Positions 40,090 through 50,443 of a stretch of DNA of 64,000 bases are shown in pieces; positions within the stretch are counted from its first letter, which is position 1; each line of letters begins with the position of its first letter. The notes beneath the pieces are model-generated. The model did no database searches. It had not been told where the DNA came from and saw nothing but the letters and a program-made list of their open reading frames with translations. The translations under genes were made by a program, and so were the position numbers. This DNA comes from a virus: IMG/VR virus record IMGVR_UViG_3300048919_000265; one strand, written 5' to 3'.

Positions 40090-40917
40090 TTATGGTTTGA
40101 ATCTTAGGACTAAATCAGCCTTATTGATTATAGCCTCTTTAAGTTTACGTTGATACTCTTCCGCATAATCCGTCTTTAGAATATCATCTACATCCTTTTT
40201 AATGTTCTGTGTCACAAGTTTGAACCCAGGATGAATCTTTTTAAGGCGTTCTCTAACCTTTATCCCCGCCTCGTCATTATCTTGTAAAAGAAATACATTT
40301 TCTATAAACCTCAATTGAAAACACACTTCTTCACTCAAACTTGAACCTAGCAAACAACCGGCATTAAATCCACATGAATCTAAAGACCACATGTCAAACA
40401 CACCGTCCACTAATAATATGTACCCGTCCTTAACCGCTTTTTCAAACCCCTTAGGAGGAAAATACATATACTTACCGCGATTAAATACTGAGGATCGGGA
40501 ATACCTATAATAATGTCCCACACTCCGCTCGTTAGGGTCCTTACTCTTCATTTTCTCAAATGGCTCGAACCCAACGAAGCCTACGATACTTCCTGCTACA
40601 TTACTGATAGGTAGAACAATATAATTTTGCCAAACGCATTCTCCACCATACGTATACATATCTAAGAATGGATCAGTACACCCCTCCCCAAACATGTCTT
40701 TCATATAATCTTCGTGTGGAACGAAGAATGCTCTAGCCTTGAAAAGAGAATCTGCATTTTCCATGCCACGAACCTTTTTAGCAAATAAAGATAAGTAATA
40801 CTGTAAAGTGTCCAAATCCTCGGTGTATATCTTTTCTATACCTTTGGTAACAATTTCTGTAAAGCTCATGATATACAATACACTGGTGTTTCGAGGAAAG
40901 TATTTGTGTGGGCACAA
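40090..40917 (-). CDS. DnaG-type primase catalytic core (Toprim) without zinc-binding domain
   Basis: VLPI.N..G.IVGF, YRYS....FNRGKYMY, LLVDGVFD, LGSSL and QDNDEAG motifs. Probable start is ATG at 40870 (ATGA overlap). Confidence 0.8.
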   Translation of the reverse strand: MCPHKYFPRNTSVLYIMSFTEIVTKGIEKIYTEDLDTLQYYLSLFAKKVRGMENADSLFKARAFFVPHEDYMKDMFGEGCTDPFLDMYTYGGECVWQNYIVLPISNVAGSIVGFVGFEPFEKMKSKDPNERSVGHYYRYSRSSVFNRGKYMYFPPKGFEKAVKDGYILLVDGVFDMWSLDSCGFNAGCLLGSSLSEEVCFQLRFIENVFLLQDNDEAGIKVRERLKKIHPGFKLVTQNIKKDVDDILKTDYAEEYQRKLKEAIINKADLVLRFKP

Positions 40918-41663
40918 GTTAATACATTCACTCCACCAATGCTCTCCTTCCCTTCGTACTTAAGTTCTAATTTTTTCTTACCTAATACAAAATTAACTTT
41001 TTCACTCCTGTGAGTATAATGTTCTTTACTAAGAAACACGACAAATGAAGGCATCTTCTTACTATTAGTAAGTTCTCTAATAACATCGAAACATTTATTC
41101 ATAAATTCATTATCAGGCTTATAACTGTCAACGAATTCTTTAATTGATAATGATGATTTCAAAACCACAATGCCTTCTACTTCAAAACCTTTGACATTAT
41201 TAGTAACAACCTTACCATCAACTAATCTTGTGACATCAGTTACAAAACCACATTCCAACACATGTTCAATAAGACCCAAATGCTTTCCTAATGTGGGAGA
41301 ACAATAGGGATTAGTTCTTGCTAAGATGTCATTATAATCAATGCTAACACTTCTCCCTTTAGAAACTTCCGCACTATTAACCATGTCCCCAACAAACACA
41401 TCTAAGTCCTCTATCTCACCAACATCAGATAAATTACTTTGAGCAAGGGCATCAAAAATCTTAGTCAATAAGTCACACTTATCCTCATTACCTACATAGT
41501 TGTCTAAAACTTTTGACTTTAATACATCTAGTTTATGGTTACCTTTCTCGTTCATCGCAATTAATTTGAACAAAAACTGCTTGCGAGAAAGATTACTTCC
41601 TTTATCCGCGTAAGAAGCTTCTAAGTCTTTCCAAATATCGAAGATACTATCAATAACACTCAT
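40866..41663 (-). CDS. Hypothetical protein (265 aa)
   Basis: ORF track; ATGA overlaps on both sides. Confidence 0.7.
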   Translation of the reverse strand: MSVIDSIFDIWKDLEASYADKGSNLSRKQFLFKLIAMNEKGNHKLDVLKSKVLDNYVGNEDKCDLLTKIFDALAQSNLSDVGEIEDLDVFVGDMVNSAEVSKGRSVSIDYNDILARTNPYCSPTLGKHLGLIEHVLECGFVTDVTRLVDGKVVTNNVKGFEVEGIVVLKSSLSIKEFVDSYKPDNEFMNKCFDVIRELTNSKKMPSFVVFLSKEHYTHRSEKVNFVLGKKKLELKYEGKESIGGVNVLTCAHTNTFLETPVYCIS

Positions 41664-42190
41664 GACATCGCCTCCACTACATTATTGACTAAATCAACCT
41701 TATATTTAATTCCATTAACAATCACCCACGTGTACATGTGATCGATCCCCAGATCTAAACCTAACCCAGTCTTCAGCTTGTTCTTTTTAAAAGTGTCATA
41801 TAAATAAAGAGAAACAGCTTGGCAATTACCACCCGCACTAAATAACAGATTAGGGTCGGATTGTGCTGCCTTATAACTGAATTTAGAGGAATCAATTATC
41901 TTCTCAAACTTATCTCTTTCATCTTTAATTGAGAAGATTGGCGCATTTTTAACTGGTTCATAATACTTCAATTTAACAAGATTCCAATCTCCACCAAGTT
42001 CCACCCATTGATATGATAAAACTTTACCAAAGTCTTCACCTTTACGATCCGCTAATTCTTTTTCAACATTTCCATGAACCAAGATTAGGCTTTTTGCTAT
42101 GGTGAAGAGAAGTAACATAACTAAGATGCTTAGAAACAAAAAACTCGCGATCCTTTTGTATAAGCTCGACGGCTTTCTTACAATATTCAA
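41660..42190 (-). CDS. Membrane-anchored transglutaminase-like (Cys-His-Asp) protein
   Basis: N-terminal TM; GNCQA...DHMYTWV...YKVDLVNN triad spacing typical of transglutaminase-like cysteine proteases. Confidence 0.6.
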   Translation of the reverse strand: MNIVRKPSSLYKRIASFLFLSILVMLLLFTIAKSLILVHGNVEKELADRKGEDFGKVLSYQWVELGGDWNLVKLKYYEPVKNAPIFSIKDERDKFEKIIDSSKFSYKAAQSDPNLLFSAGGNCQAVSLYLYDTFKKNKLKTGLGLDLGIDHMYTWVIVNGIKYKVDLVNNVVEAMS

Positions 42191-42833
42191 TCATCCAAAC
42201 CTCCTCGCCTCTGCATTTTGAGCTAAGGAAGTTAGACATATCACTAATCTCTAAAAATGGTAACTCTTTCTTCCACTCATTAGACCTAATATCTTCCAAT
42301 AGTCCAGGAGAAAAACTAAACGCTGCCATCTGGTAGCTAGTGCATTCTTCATACTCCTGTTTGCGGAAACTATCAAAATTCTTTTTAAAAACGTTCAGGT
42401 GATTCACATGCTGATTATAGACATCAAATTTCTTTTTGCCAGCCCTAACAATTGTTCCTCTATCTGTTATCCTTTTATCGCCAATGTACCCCTTACACTC
42501 AAATAAATATATTACTTGAGGTGTAAAAAGGATAAAATCTACTTCGGTTAAAAATTCAGTATCAGCTGTGTCTAAATCCTTCAACACTAACCCTTTCGCA
42601 TAAAACCATTTTTCAGTCAACTTTTGATTAAGATTCATAAACTCCAAGATAGCGATTTCCAATACTGTTTCGCAAACCTCACCCGCAACCGTATTCCTAG
42701 TCTTAACCCGAGGATCAGCCTTCTTTAATTCCTCAGATCCAATTATTTTACTAGCAAGTGAAACCGAAAAATTATACCCCCGGTCTCTATACACTTCCAA
42801 CAATGTTTCACGCGTCTTGTCCTTGAATAACAT
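42063..42833 (-). CDS. NERD-family PD-(D/E)xK nuclease
   Basis: GEVCE...TEVDFILFTPQVIYLFECKGY motif. Confidence 0.75.
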   Translation of the reverse strand: MLFKDKTRETLLEVYRDRGYNFSVSLASKIIGSEELKKADPRVKTRNTVAGEVCETVLEIAILEFMNLNQKLTEKWFYAKGLVLKDLDTADTEFLTEVDFILFTPQVIYLFECKGYIGDKRITDRGTIVRAGKKKFDVYNQHVNHLNVFKKNFDSFRKQEYEECTSYQMAAFSFSPGLLEDIRSNEWKKELPFLEISDMSNFLSSKCRGEEVWMIEYCKKAVELIQKDREFFVSKHLSYVTSLHHSKKPNLGSWKC

Positions 42834-44595
42834 CTAATACCCCCACAGATCTTATAAAGACCGAATTGCTGTCAACATCTAATTTGAGTGAATCAAATCC
42901 ATCCATTTGAATATTTTCTCTAGTAGCGTATTTAATTGCTGCATAAGATGCTAAAACTTTCGCTAGACTCCTATGTTTATTACTTGTATTAATAAATTTG
43001 AAGAACATAACTTCATCATAAAACTCTTCTCTAATCATGTCATTATAAATCACAACACCACGATAGCCTGCTTCCGCATATTGGTGCTGTACTTGTAATA
43101 CCTTCTGCTTTAGCACATTGACTATGTCTTCCTTGATAGTGCTATCTGCCAGAAAGTATGCAACCTCATTAGCCTTATCACTATAAATACTCAATACAGT
43201 CTTTTCACCAACAACTTCCGTTCCGGCATATAAGGTATATGTTTCTGGAACTGGCCAATACTCTTCCCCTGCTTCATCCGGAACACAGATACTTATCTTA
43301 TCTGCATTTGCAGTATAGCTAGCTTCTGCTAACTGTTGTAAATCAGTATCAACTTCTTTATAATAAGTACCGTACTCAAAAGATAGGGCAAGAGGTGTCC
43401 AATCATCAACAATAATCGAAGATGCTTGATTAAAAACCCAAGCGTCCTTAAGAACTTCTTTCTTCATCTTAAACACCGGCTCATCATGACGGACAATATA
43501 AAGGCTAACATCCTCTTTCGTGTATCCTAGATCGTAAAACATATCTAAGATGGCATTACAAGTTAAGATAACTATCTGACTTGTACCTGTTTGTACAGGC
43601 GTATTCAAACATTTATTTATAGCGTCTTTCTTTGTATACATAGTAACAGGCTGTTCATACCCAAAATACCCTGTAACAGGGATCATCAGCCCTAGATCAA
43701 AACAATCAGATATTCTACGATAATACTCCGAATATCTCGGACAGGTATCTAAATACTTAGCAAATCTTCCTATAAACTCTTGGTCTCGCGGTGTCTGTCC
43801 GTGTCTTTGTCCATACAAAGTTTGGAGCACGTTAACCTTATACAAATCTCTCTCTGCCATAAACTTGTCGTGATTATGCGGCACATTTTCCCACTCATCA
43901 AGGATTGCTGAAATACCCTCGTACTTATCATCATACTTATCCATGATAGGTCCATTCCAACTATCACGTAATAGTAGATTATACGCAATCCGTAAGTCAG
44001 ACTGTTCAAAATCTCCCCAAGCTAACACATATCCATCTTCGGCAGCATAACAGCTAGTGTACTCTCGGGGAATACTAACCAAGTCAGAATCATGATAATT
44101 AAATCTTAAGTTCTGCTGTTGCTCTGCTATAAAGTGTAACTTATACAAAGTTGAACCGGTAGAACTAACTTTATCTGATTCAGAAAATAACCGTGGCAAT
44201 TTTTCCATCCTTGCGCATCTTGATTTTAATGATGAGTAAGTCATATAATAACCCAAAAACTCCTGAGCATAACCATTCTCGTACAAAGGACCTAGCACTT
44301 TTTTCATATCCAGACTTGCGCGCTCCACACCTTTTTTACTGAACCGCTCGTATGGACATCCTTCTACATTCACCAAGTAAGGAAAGACTGACTCGGAGTT
44401 AAGACTATTATATTCATAACTAGAATTAGCAGCCATAGTTCTCTTTGCTAAAGTTAAATTAGTATCTCTTCTCGCCTCTTCGTGCTTTAGTGTCAGCATC
44501 AACTTATTCTTATCCACATAAACGAATTGCTCATGATTAATTCGTTCTAAATACAGATCTAAATCTATCATACTACTCCTAGTAAGCTTAAGCAT
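42808..44595 (-). CDS. polA: Family A DNA polymerase, polymerase domain only
   Basis: QNLRFNY, motif A WGDFEQSDLRIA, motif B RDLYKVNVLQTLYG, NTPVQTG, motif C VRHDEPVF. No exonuclease domains; about 150-aa extra C-terminal domain. Confidence 0.88.
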   Translation of the reverse strand: MLKLTRSSMIDLDLYLERINHEQFVYVDKNKLMLTLKHEEARRDTNLTLAKRTMAANSSYEYNSLNSESVFPYLVNVEGCPYERFSKKGVERASLDMKKVLGPLYENGYAQEFLGYYMTYSSLKSRCARMEKLPRLFSESDKVSSTGSTLYKLHFIAEQQQNLRFNYHDSDLVSIPREYTSCYAAEDGYVLAWGDFEQSDLRIAYNLLLRDSWNGPIMDKYDDKYEGISAILDEWENVPHNHDKFMAERDLYKVNVLQTLYGQRHGQTPRDQEFIGRFAKYLDTCPRYSEYYRRISDCFDLGLMIPVTGYFGYEQPVTMYTKKDAINKCLNTPVQTGTSQIVILTCNAILDMFYDLGYTKEDVSLYIVRHDEPVFKMKKEVLKDAWVFNQASSIIVDDWTPLALSFEYGTYYKEVDTDLQQLAEASYTANADKISICVPDEAGEEYWPVPETYTLYAGTEVVGEKTVLSIYSDKANEVAYFLADSTIKEDIVNVLKQKVLQVQHQYAEAGYRGVVIYNDMIREEFYDEVMFFKFINTSNKHRSLAKVLASYAAIKYATRENIQMDGFDSLKLDVDSNSVFIRSVGVLDVIQGQDA

Positions 44596-44604
44596 AGCTT
44601 CCTC

Positions 44605-45210
44605 CTAAACGGCTCTATCAGGTTTTAGTTGTACAAACTCCTTACGAAGTACACCTGCTAGTGCACGTTTTTCATCTATGAATCTTCTGTAATCTAAAAA
44701 AGCTGGTAGTTTATCCACTGTTAATATCCGATAATCTCTGTCTGTCTGAGCAAGTTTATACAGATCGGTTCCATGCACTACCAATTGTTTTTCGTTCTCA
44801 ACAACATACAGGACCTTGCCTTCCAAATACCAGGCATCTACATACTTACCATTCAGCTTCATCGTAAAGAATGCCCGTTCTCTAACAATTCTAAACAATT
44901 CTACAAATAATTGTGCGTCGAAATGTAAATTAGAATGTTGCTCTCTATAAATACTACCGTCAGAAGCAAAAGAAACTTGACTCCATTTAGTCATATTAAG
45001 ATATGGAGGTAAATTCAAACATTCTATATCCGTAATAGAATGAATTCCTTCCAGTTCCCCAACCGAAATTTTGACATCTATGCGATCGACATGAATATCA
45101 AATTTATAAATCCGATTACTCTTTGGATCTATTCCCTGCAGGCTTATGATGGACTTATTAACATTAAGAGACGCTAATTTTATAACCGATTTAAGAGTAT
45201 GCGCAAACAT
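44605..45210 (-). CDS. Hypothetical protein (201 aa)
   Basis: ORF track; coupled to the upstream gene. Confidence 0.65.
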   Translation of the reverse strand: MFAHTLKSVIKLASLNVNKSIISLQGIDPKSNRIYKFDIHVDRIDVKISVGELEGIHSITDIECLNLPPYLNMTKWSQVSFASDGSIYREQHSNLHFDAQLFVELFRIVRERAFFTMKLNGKYVDAWYLEGKVLYVVENEKQLVVHGTDLYKLAQTDRDYRILTVDKLPAFLDYRRFIDEKRALAGVLRKEFVQLKPDRAV

Positions 45211-45584
45211 TAAATCACCCCTTTAAACTTTTCCTTCACATTCAATCCCTGTTCATATATAAGGATGATATGCTCCGTAAAGCTGTTTTTAGAAACCGGG
45301 TTAAATAGTCTTGATTTAGCCACCGTGAAAACAAAATCTCCATTAATTTTCTTCCGAGGATACACGCACACACTTCCATTATACGTCACAACCCAACTAT
45401 CAATAACTTCATATCCATCATGATCTGACATACCAGTCTCAAGTGAATGTTTAAAAGCAGACAAACTTCTAGTATACTTTATCTTATAATTAACGGAACC
45501 ATCCAAAACATGCAATATTTCTTCCAACCGTTTATGATTAGGCTTGCTGATCTTTCCAGCAAGCAATGAAAATAAGCTAGCCAT
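45210..45584 (-). CDS. Hypothetical protein (124 aa)
   Basis: RBS AGGAGGAG before ATG at 45584. Confidence 0.7.
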   Translation of the reverse strand: MASLFSLLAGKISKPNHKRLEEILHVLDGSVNYKIKYTRSLSAFKHSLETGMSDHDGYEVIDSWVVTYNGSVCVYPRKKINGDFVFTVAKSRLFNPVSKNSFTEHIILIYEQGLNVKEKFKGVI

Positions 45585-45602
45585 ACGTACTCCTCCTAAT
45601 TA

Positions 45603-47732
45603 TCACTCATCCATAAAAATCATCTTTTTAAACTTTAATGGTTCTTTAGATCCTTCCGCATACCGATCAAACAAAACTCCCAATTTACTACTTACAGTTT
45701 CTGGGAATTCTTCAGCACCCACCTTACGGGCTTGTGTATCTGTTACACCTTCCATAAGATAATACCGTATTCCACTAGCCAAGCCATTTAAATCTGTTAT
45801 AGTGGTAGTAGTCAATATGAATCGTATATTAGCCGCGGAACAGTCTTGCAATACCTTCTTAAAATTTTCTATTTTATTATTCTTAGAATCACGTCCCCAT
45901 CCAAGAACCTTGTCTAATCCAACAATCCAATTAAACACGGGCTTCAAATGGTTATATGTCATCATTTGATCTTTACAACCATTAGCTTCTGCTAATTTTA
46001 TATAATTAATAATTAACTTTTTGCGAGCCTCCAATAAATCTTCACCACTAAGGCCCCCTAACTTTAAACCTTGCACATAAGAATTCTCAGTACTCAGAGT
46101 TAAAACATGATAGCAACGATACCTATTTAACATAGTATCATAAGAAGATCCCTTATCAAAACACATATAGAAAATTGTGTCAGTATTATCATCAGTATGA
46201 CGTTGTTGAGAGAACACCTGTTCCTCGGCTTCCAGCGCTATTTTTCTATAATAGACTGCACCGAGATATGCAGTTATTGCAGGACTATCTGCATCCCTAC
46301 CATCTAGGATTTTAGGATTTAACTCTTCAAGACCTATTTTAGTGGTCACCTTTTTATCCGCAGAAATGACATTCACGAACACTGATGATCCCATAGCCTT
46401 AAGGTTCTCTTTAATCATTTTGGAGTACCTGACGACATTAAGAGAATTATCGCACCACACCATCATATTCTCTATCTCATCACCTGTAAATTCAAGTCTG
46501 ACATAGTTATCGTCATCTTTATCCCGCATAACAAACGATGGTTCCCCTAAATAAATCTTTTTGTTGCTTCCACCCTTAGAAGAAATAAGTTCTCTGAACT
46601 CTTCTTCATTCAACAAGGACTCTTCATTATAAAATGAGAATTTATGTCTAAACCCAACTTCTGTACCAATGCGATCCAGCTCCAATAGCATTTCTTTGAA
46701 TTCTTGATCCCCTTGGTATGGAACCCTATAATGCACATTATCTTTTTTATCTGCGTTACCTGGTTTAGTGTTTATAATTAATCGACCTTTGGCACCGAGA
46801 TTCATGTTAGCTTCGGTGTTACCAAGCAGTTTATTAGAAACATCAGGCATACATCCAAGTGCCATGCGAACGTTGATATTGTTCAACGTAGCAGTTGGTA
46901 TTTCCCCTGGTTCCTGTGAAGCCAACAACAAGTGATAACCTGTACTACGACCAAGACGGGCAAAATCATCCAAAAGGTCTTGAATTATTTTTGCTTTCTT
47001 AGCTGCATTTTTAAAGAGAGTTTGGAATTCGTCTACAACAATAAGATTACGCGGATAGTTTAAACCCGTGTACTCACGGAACTTTATTAAGTTATCTGTG
47101 CCACCATGCTCCGAAAACATAGCATTTACTTGTATCATCTCATCGCGCAATTCTGTGAGCACACTAATTATATATTCCGCATCAGTAGTTGCCGCTATAG
47201 ACGAAGTATGGGGAAGTATTCCTCCTGAAACCGCATACTTCTTAAAACCCGCTATCTTGGCATCTGCTAATGTGATCTTTAGCTCCCAAGGTGCGTACTT
47301 TAGTGCTAGTGCCTGTATAATACTATCAAGTAAAACAGATTTACCACCACCTGTCATGCCACCGGCAATGGCATGGATGTCCTTATCATTGAGTTCAGCA
47401 CTAGATGGATACCGGCTATCCCCATTTTTATAACCCAGTCCAAGAAGATTTATCCCCTTATGGGAATTACCCTCCCAAATTGGGAAATTATTTTTATACA
47501 GAATAGGGCCGTCAAAACGTAATATCCTCTCTGGCTCTGCATCTCCTTTTTTAAGTCTGCTAAGTGGTTTAGGAATCCTGACTTCTCTAGGATATTGACT
47601 TTCCTGAGAGTGTTTCAGAAAATACTTCGCTACAAACTCATCAAACATTAAGGGGGAAGAACCCCCACGTATAAAGTCTTCCTCTACCAACTTTGTTTGT
47701 TCTAAGATGCTAGTTTCATCAATGGAGTACAT
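45603..47732 (-). CDS. FtsK/SpoIIIE/EssC-family ATPase (one intact plus one degenerate domain)
   Basis: HAIAGGMTGGGKS, LADAK, IVVDEFQ, RLGRSTGYHLLLASQ, RMAL. A second degenerate repeat starts at YLGEPSF. No TM segment and no gamma domain. Confidence 0.85.
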   Translation of the reverse strand: MYSIDETSILEQTKLVEEDFIRGGSSPLMFDEFVAKYFLKHSQESQYPREVRIPKPLSRLKKGDAEPERILRFDGPILYKNNFPIWEGNSHKGINLLGLGYKNGDSRYPSSAELNDKDIHAIAGGMTGGGKSVLLDSIIQALALKYAPWELKITLADAKIAGFKKYAVSGGILPHTSSIAATTDAEYIISVLTELRDEMIQVNAMFSEHGGTDNLIKFREYTGLNYPRNLIVVDEFQTLFKNAAKKAKIIQDLLDDFARLGRSTGYHLLLASQEPGEIPTATLNNINVRMALGCMPDVSNKLLGNTEANMNLGAKGRLIINTKPGNADKKDNVHYRVPYQGDQEFKEMLLELDRIGTEVGFRHKFSFYNEESLLNEEEFRELISSKGGSNKKIYLGEPSFVMRDKDDDNYVRLEFTGDEIENMMVWCDNSLNVVRYSKMIKENLKAMGSSVFVNVISADKKVTTKIGLEELNPKILDGRDADSPAITAYLGAVYYRKIALEAEEQVFSQQRHTDDNTDTIFYMCFDKGSSYDTMLNRYRCYHVLTLSTENSYVQGLKLGGLSGEDLLEARKKLIINYIKLAEANGCKDQMMTYNHLKPVFNWIVGLDKVLGWGRDSKNNKIENFKKVLQDCSAANIRFILTTTTITDLNGLASGIRYYLMEGVTDTQARKVGAEEFPETVSSKLGVLFDRYAEGSKEPLKFKKMIFMDE

Positions 47733-47734
47733 CT

Positions 47735-50365
47735 TTACTTTCCTCCTGCTCTTCGCTGCTTCTCCTCATTCCATATTTGGGCGAACATAGTTTTCAAATC
47801 CTTAGCTGCTTGCACACTGCTAAACCGAACTTGTGACTCTGCTTCCTTAAATTCCAGGACCTTAACAACCCAATCCAGAATGAGCGGTTCCAGGGATGAT
47901 AACGTATTTTGTGAAGGTCGAATGTTCTCCGGGACATCACTTGATCCACCAATAATATACTTTTTAACCCCATTAATTTCTCTACTTGCGAAACAGCCGA
48001 TAACCTTCCCATTGTGCGTAAAGGCTACCTTGTTATCCGTTTCTTGGAAATGTACTATAGAAGGGTGTGTTGTATCTTCAATCAGCTCAATTGGTTTATC
48101 TGACGCGGGTACCACTGATTCCTTCTCAACAGTATTAGTTACAATAGGCGCTTTGCTTTCTTCTATCTTTGTCTCAGTTGCACCAGCGAAAGAATTCATA
48201 CCAGCCAATCTAGACGCTATTCCCTCAGCAATGGCAGCACTCTTAGTTTCTTGCTCTACTGAGACATTACTCCACAATTGACCTTCGTTAACGTAACCAT
48301 TACTTAACATTGTTTCTAAGTAAATATTGGCGGACTCTGTCAATTGTACATCCTCCGACATAAATTCGATTTCTCGTTCATCGAATTTGGCAGAAGCCTT
48401 CAAAACGATAGGTGCAAGCAAAGTAGCAATATTAGTTCTGACGTAAAGTTCTTTGGGTACATTCGCAACCTCAGTCATCTTATACTGCAACTCTTCTTTA
48501 TTACGGAAGGCTAGCATTTCTCCCCATTTAGATAATTTAGTATCTGAATACAGATACTCAAACAATATACTTAGGGTGGACAAATTGCTAACACTATATT
48601 CTAATTTTAAACCTTTAACTGTATCAGACTCATAAAAAACAGCTTCCTTAGCGGTGGAAGCTTCTGCTGACTCATTTGCAAGTCGGAGAGCTATTTTGCT
48701 GTTAAGCACATCACTACCTGCATTAACAACTAATTTACCGTTGTTATACTCAATACCTTTAATCCAATCAGAGTTGTTTTCTTTCAGACGACTGATAACA
48801 TCAAGGAAACTCAAATAAACAACCTGTCTTGTTCCACCTTCAAAATATTTCTCACACGCGAGACCAATAGGAATGTTTATTTTTGCATTACTGATATTTA
48901 ACTTCTTTCTATACTCGAGGTCTCGGAATTTATCATCATACGTGATAACTCCCTTAATTCCCATCTCATATAAACCATCGATCAATACAGGCTTCATATT
49001 ACTAATATTGCCTGTATTGCTTCTTATGATGAATTTGTTCATATCTAAGTAGTTATTGAAGTCACCTAATTTAAGCACAGTTGGTTTCATTTCGCCCCAA
49101 CGGGATAATTTGATTATTGCTTCGACATGAGCAGCGAAACCCATGCCACCTTGCTCGGCAGCCAACATGATAAACTTATTAAGCAACAACGGTCCGTCTA
49201 CTATACCCGTACTTTGATTTGGGAAATACTCTGCGCTTCCATATTCTCCATCGGAAGATGCAGCTCTTTCATCATCCTCATCCTCATCCGCGTAAGACAA
49301 TGGGAAATTTCCACAATGCATCCAATTTAATGTGGAAACTCGGTTAACAAATTCAGACAATAATTCTACCATTCTAGGTGAAGCAACGCATCTAGAAAAT
49401 AGATCTTCTGGATTATGATCAGGGAAAGTCTGCTTAATATCAAACATAATCAATTCAGTCAGTGCATGCATAAAATCTTGCTCATTTGGTTGCACTTCTA
49501 AATCATTATTATCTACAGACCCCTCAACTAATCTGAAATCTATTCTCGGGATATCCTCTAATTCTTCCTTGGTAGGGTTTATCCCTAAAAGGGACGCAGC
49601 AGAAACTAACTGCTCTCTCATTTGACTTCTGTTATATCGGAAGATGTCCTTATAATAAGGAGTAAAATAAATAAAGTGTGGATAGGGTTTAGCTAAGTCT
49701 TTTCCAGTTGGGACGAGTTGCGCTATCGAAACATCCATACTTCGCAATCTATCATAAGAAGGCAGTTCCATAAAAAATGTATCATAGGGACTACGCATAA
49801 ATTGCGTCCTATTTATGTCTGAGCGAATATACTTAAACTGTGGCCCCATCTTACTGTTCCAGTCACGTACCGCAGGAATAGTAACTGCTGGATTTATGTA
49901 CGTCATTTCTGGAGCCAGCACTTTAAACTTTTCTTCGCCCTTGATATAATTGTCAAGTAATAAATAAGTCTCTTGAAACTTGATAACTACATCTGCATCA
50001 ATGCCTGTATTAGTAGACGATTTAGTTAATTGTGCTGCAATTTGGGACGCGTATTCTTTAGTAAAAGTAGGTTTGTTTTTACAAAAATTATACAACGTGG
50101 TTATATCCAACGTACCATTAGGACTACCTGAATCTGGGACAACCGATAATGGCAGTCCTGCTCCTAGGCGAGGTTCCTTTGCAGGGTCCAAAGTCGTAAT
50201 GTTTACACGCTCGCCATAAGTTTGTAAAGTAGTTAAAACTTGCTCCTTACCCAGCATCTCCCTAAAGTCTACCAAACGAACTTCTCCATCAATATTAACT
50301 TTACTCAGAAAAACTACATTCACTGAGCTTCCTTTATACAAAGGCAAAGGAACATAATAAAGCAC
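47735..50365 (-). CDS. Large hypothetical protein (876 aa)
   Basis: GTG start after GAGGAGG; acidic stretch DEDEDDE; no motif recognised. Confidence 0.75.
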   Translation of the reverse strand: MLYYVPLPLYKGSSVNVVFLSKVNIDGEVRLVDFREMLGKEQVLTTLQTYGERVNITTLDPAKEPRLGAGLPLSVVPDSGSPNGTLDITTLYNFCKNKPTFTKEYASQIAAQLTKSSTNTGIDADVVIKFQETYLLLDNYIKGEEKFKVLAPEMTYINPAVTIPAVRDWNSKMGPQFKYIRSDINRTQFMRSPYDTFFMELPSYDRLRSMDVSIAQLVPTGKDLAKPYPHFIYFTPYYKDIFRYNRSQMREQLVSAASLLGINPTKEELEDIPRIDFRLVEGSVDNNDLEVQPNEQDFMHALTELIMFDIKQTFPDHNPEDLFSRCVASPRMVELLSEFVNRVSTLNWMHCGNFPLSYADEDEDDERAASSDGEYGSAEYFPNQSTGIVDGPLLLNKFIMLAAEQGGMGFAAHVEAIIKLSRWGEMKPTVLKLGDFNNYLDMNKFIIRSNTGNISNMKPVLIDGLYEMGIKGVITYDDKFRDLEYRKKLNISNAKINIPIGLACEKYFEGGTRQVVYLSFLDVISRLKENNSDWIKGIEYNNGKLVVNAGSDVLNSKIALRLANESAEASTAKEAVFYESDTVKGLKLEYSVSNLSTLSILFEYLYSDTKLSKWGEMLAFRNKEELQYKMTEVANVPKELYVRTNIATLLAPIVLKASAKFDEREIEFMSEDVQLTESANIYLETMLSNGYVNEGQLWSNVSVEQETKSAAIAEGIASRLAGMNSFAGATETKIEESKAPIVTNTVEKESVVPASDKPIELIEDTTHPSIVHFQETDNKVAFTHNGKVIGCFASREINGVKKYIIGGSSDVPENIRPSQNTLSSLEPLILDWVVKVLEFKEAESQVRFSSVQAAKDLKTMFAQIWNEEKQRRAGGK

Positions 50366-50415
50366 ATTAATAGCCTCCTCATAATCCGATTAAAATCGTA
50401 CCCTAAATAACAATA

Positions 50416-50443
50416 GGGAGAGGCGCAAAATCGCACCCCTCCC
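50416..50443 (-). terminator. Terminator-like hairpin after the WXG100-like pair
   Basis: Minus strand gggaggggtgcg-attt-tgcgcctctccc, 12 bp with 3 G.U pairs that form only on this strand, then TATTGTTATTT. Confidence 0.6.

Noticed and set aside
45603-47732. Chromosomal FtsK/SpoIIIE
   Set aside because: No N-terminal TM domain or C-terminal gamma domain; tandem degenerate domain and WXG100-like neighbours.
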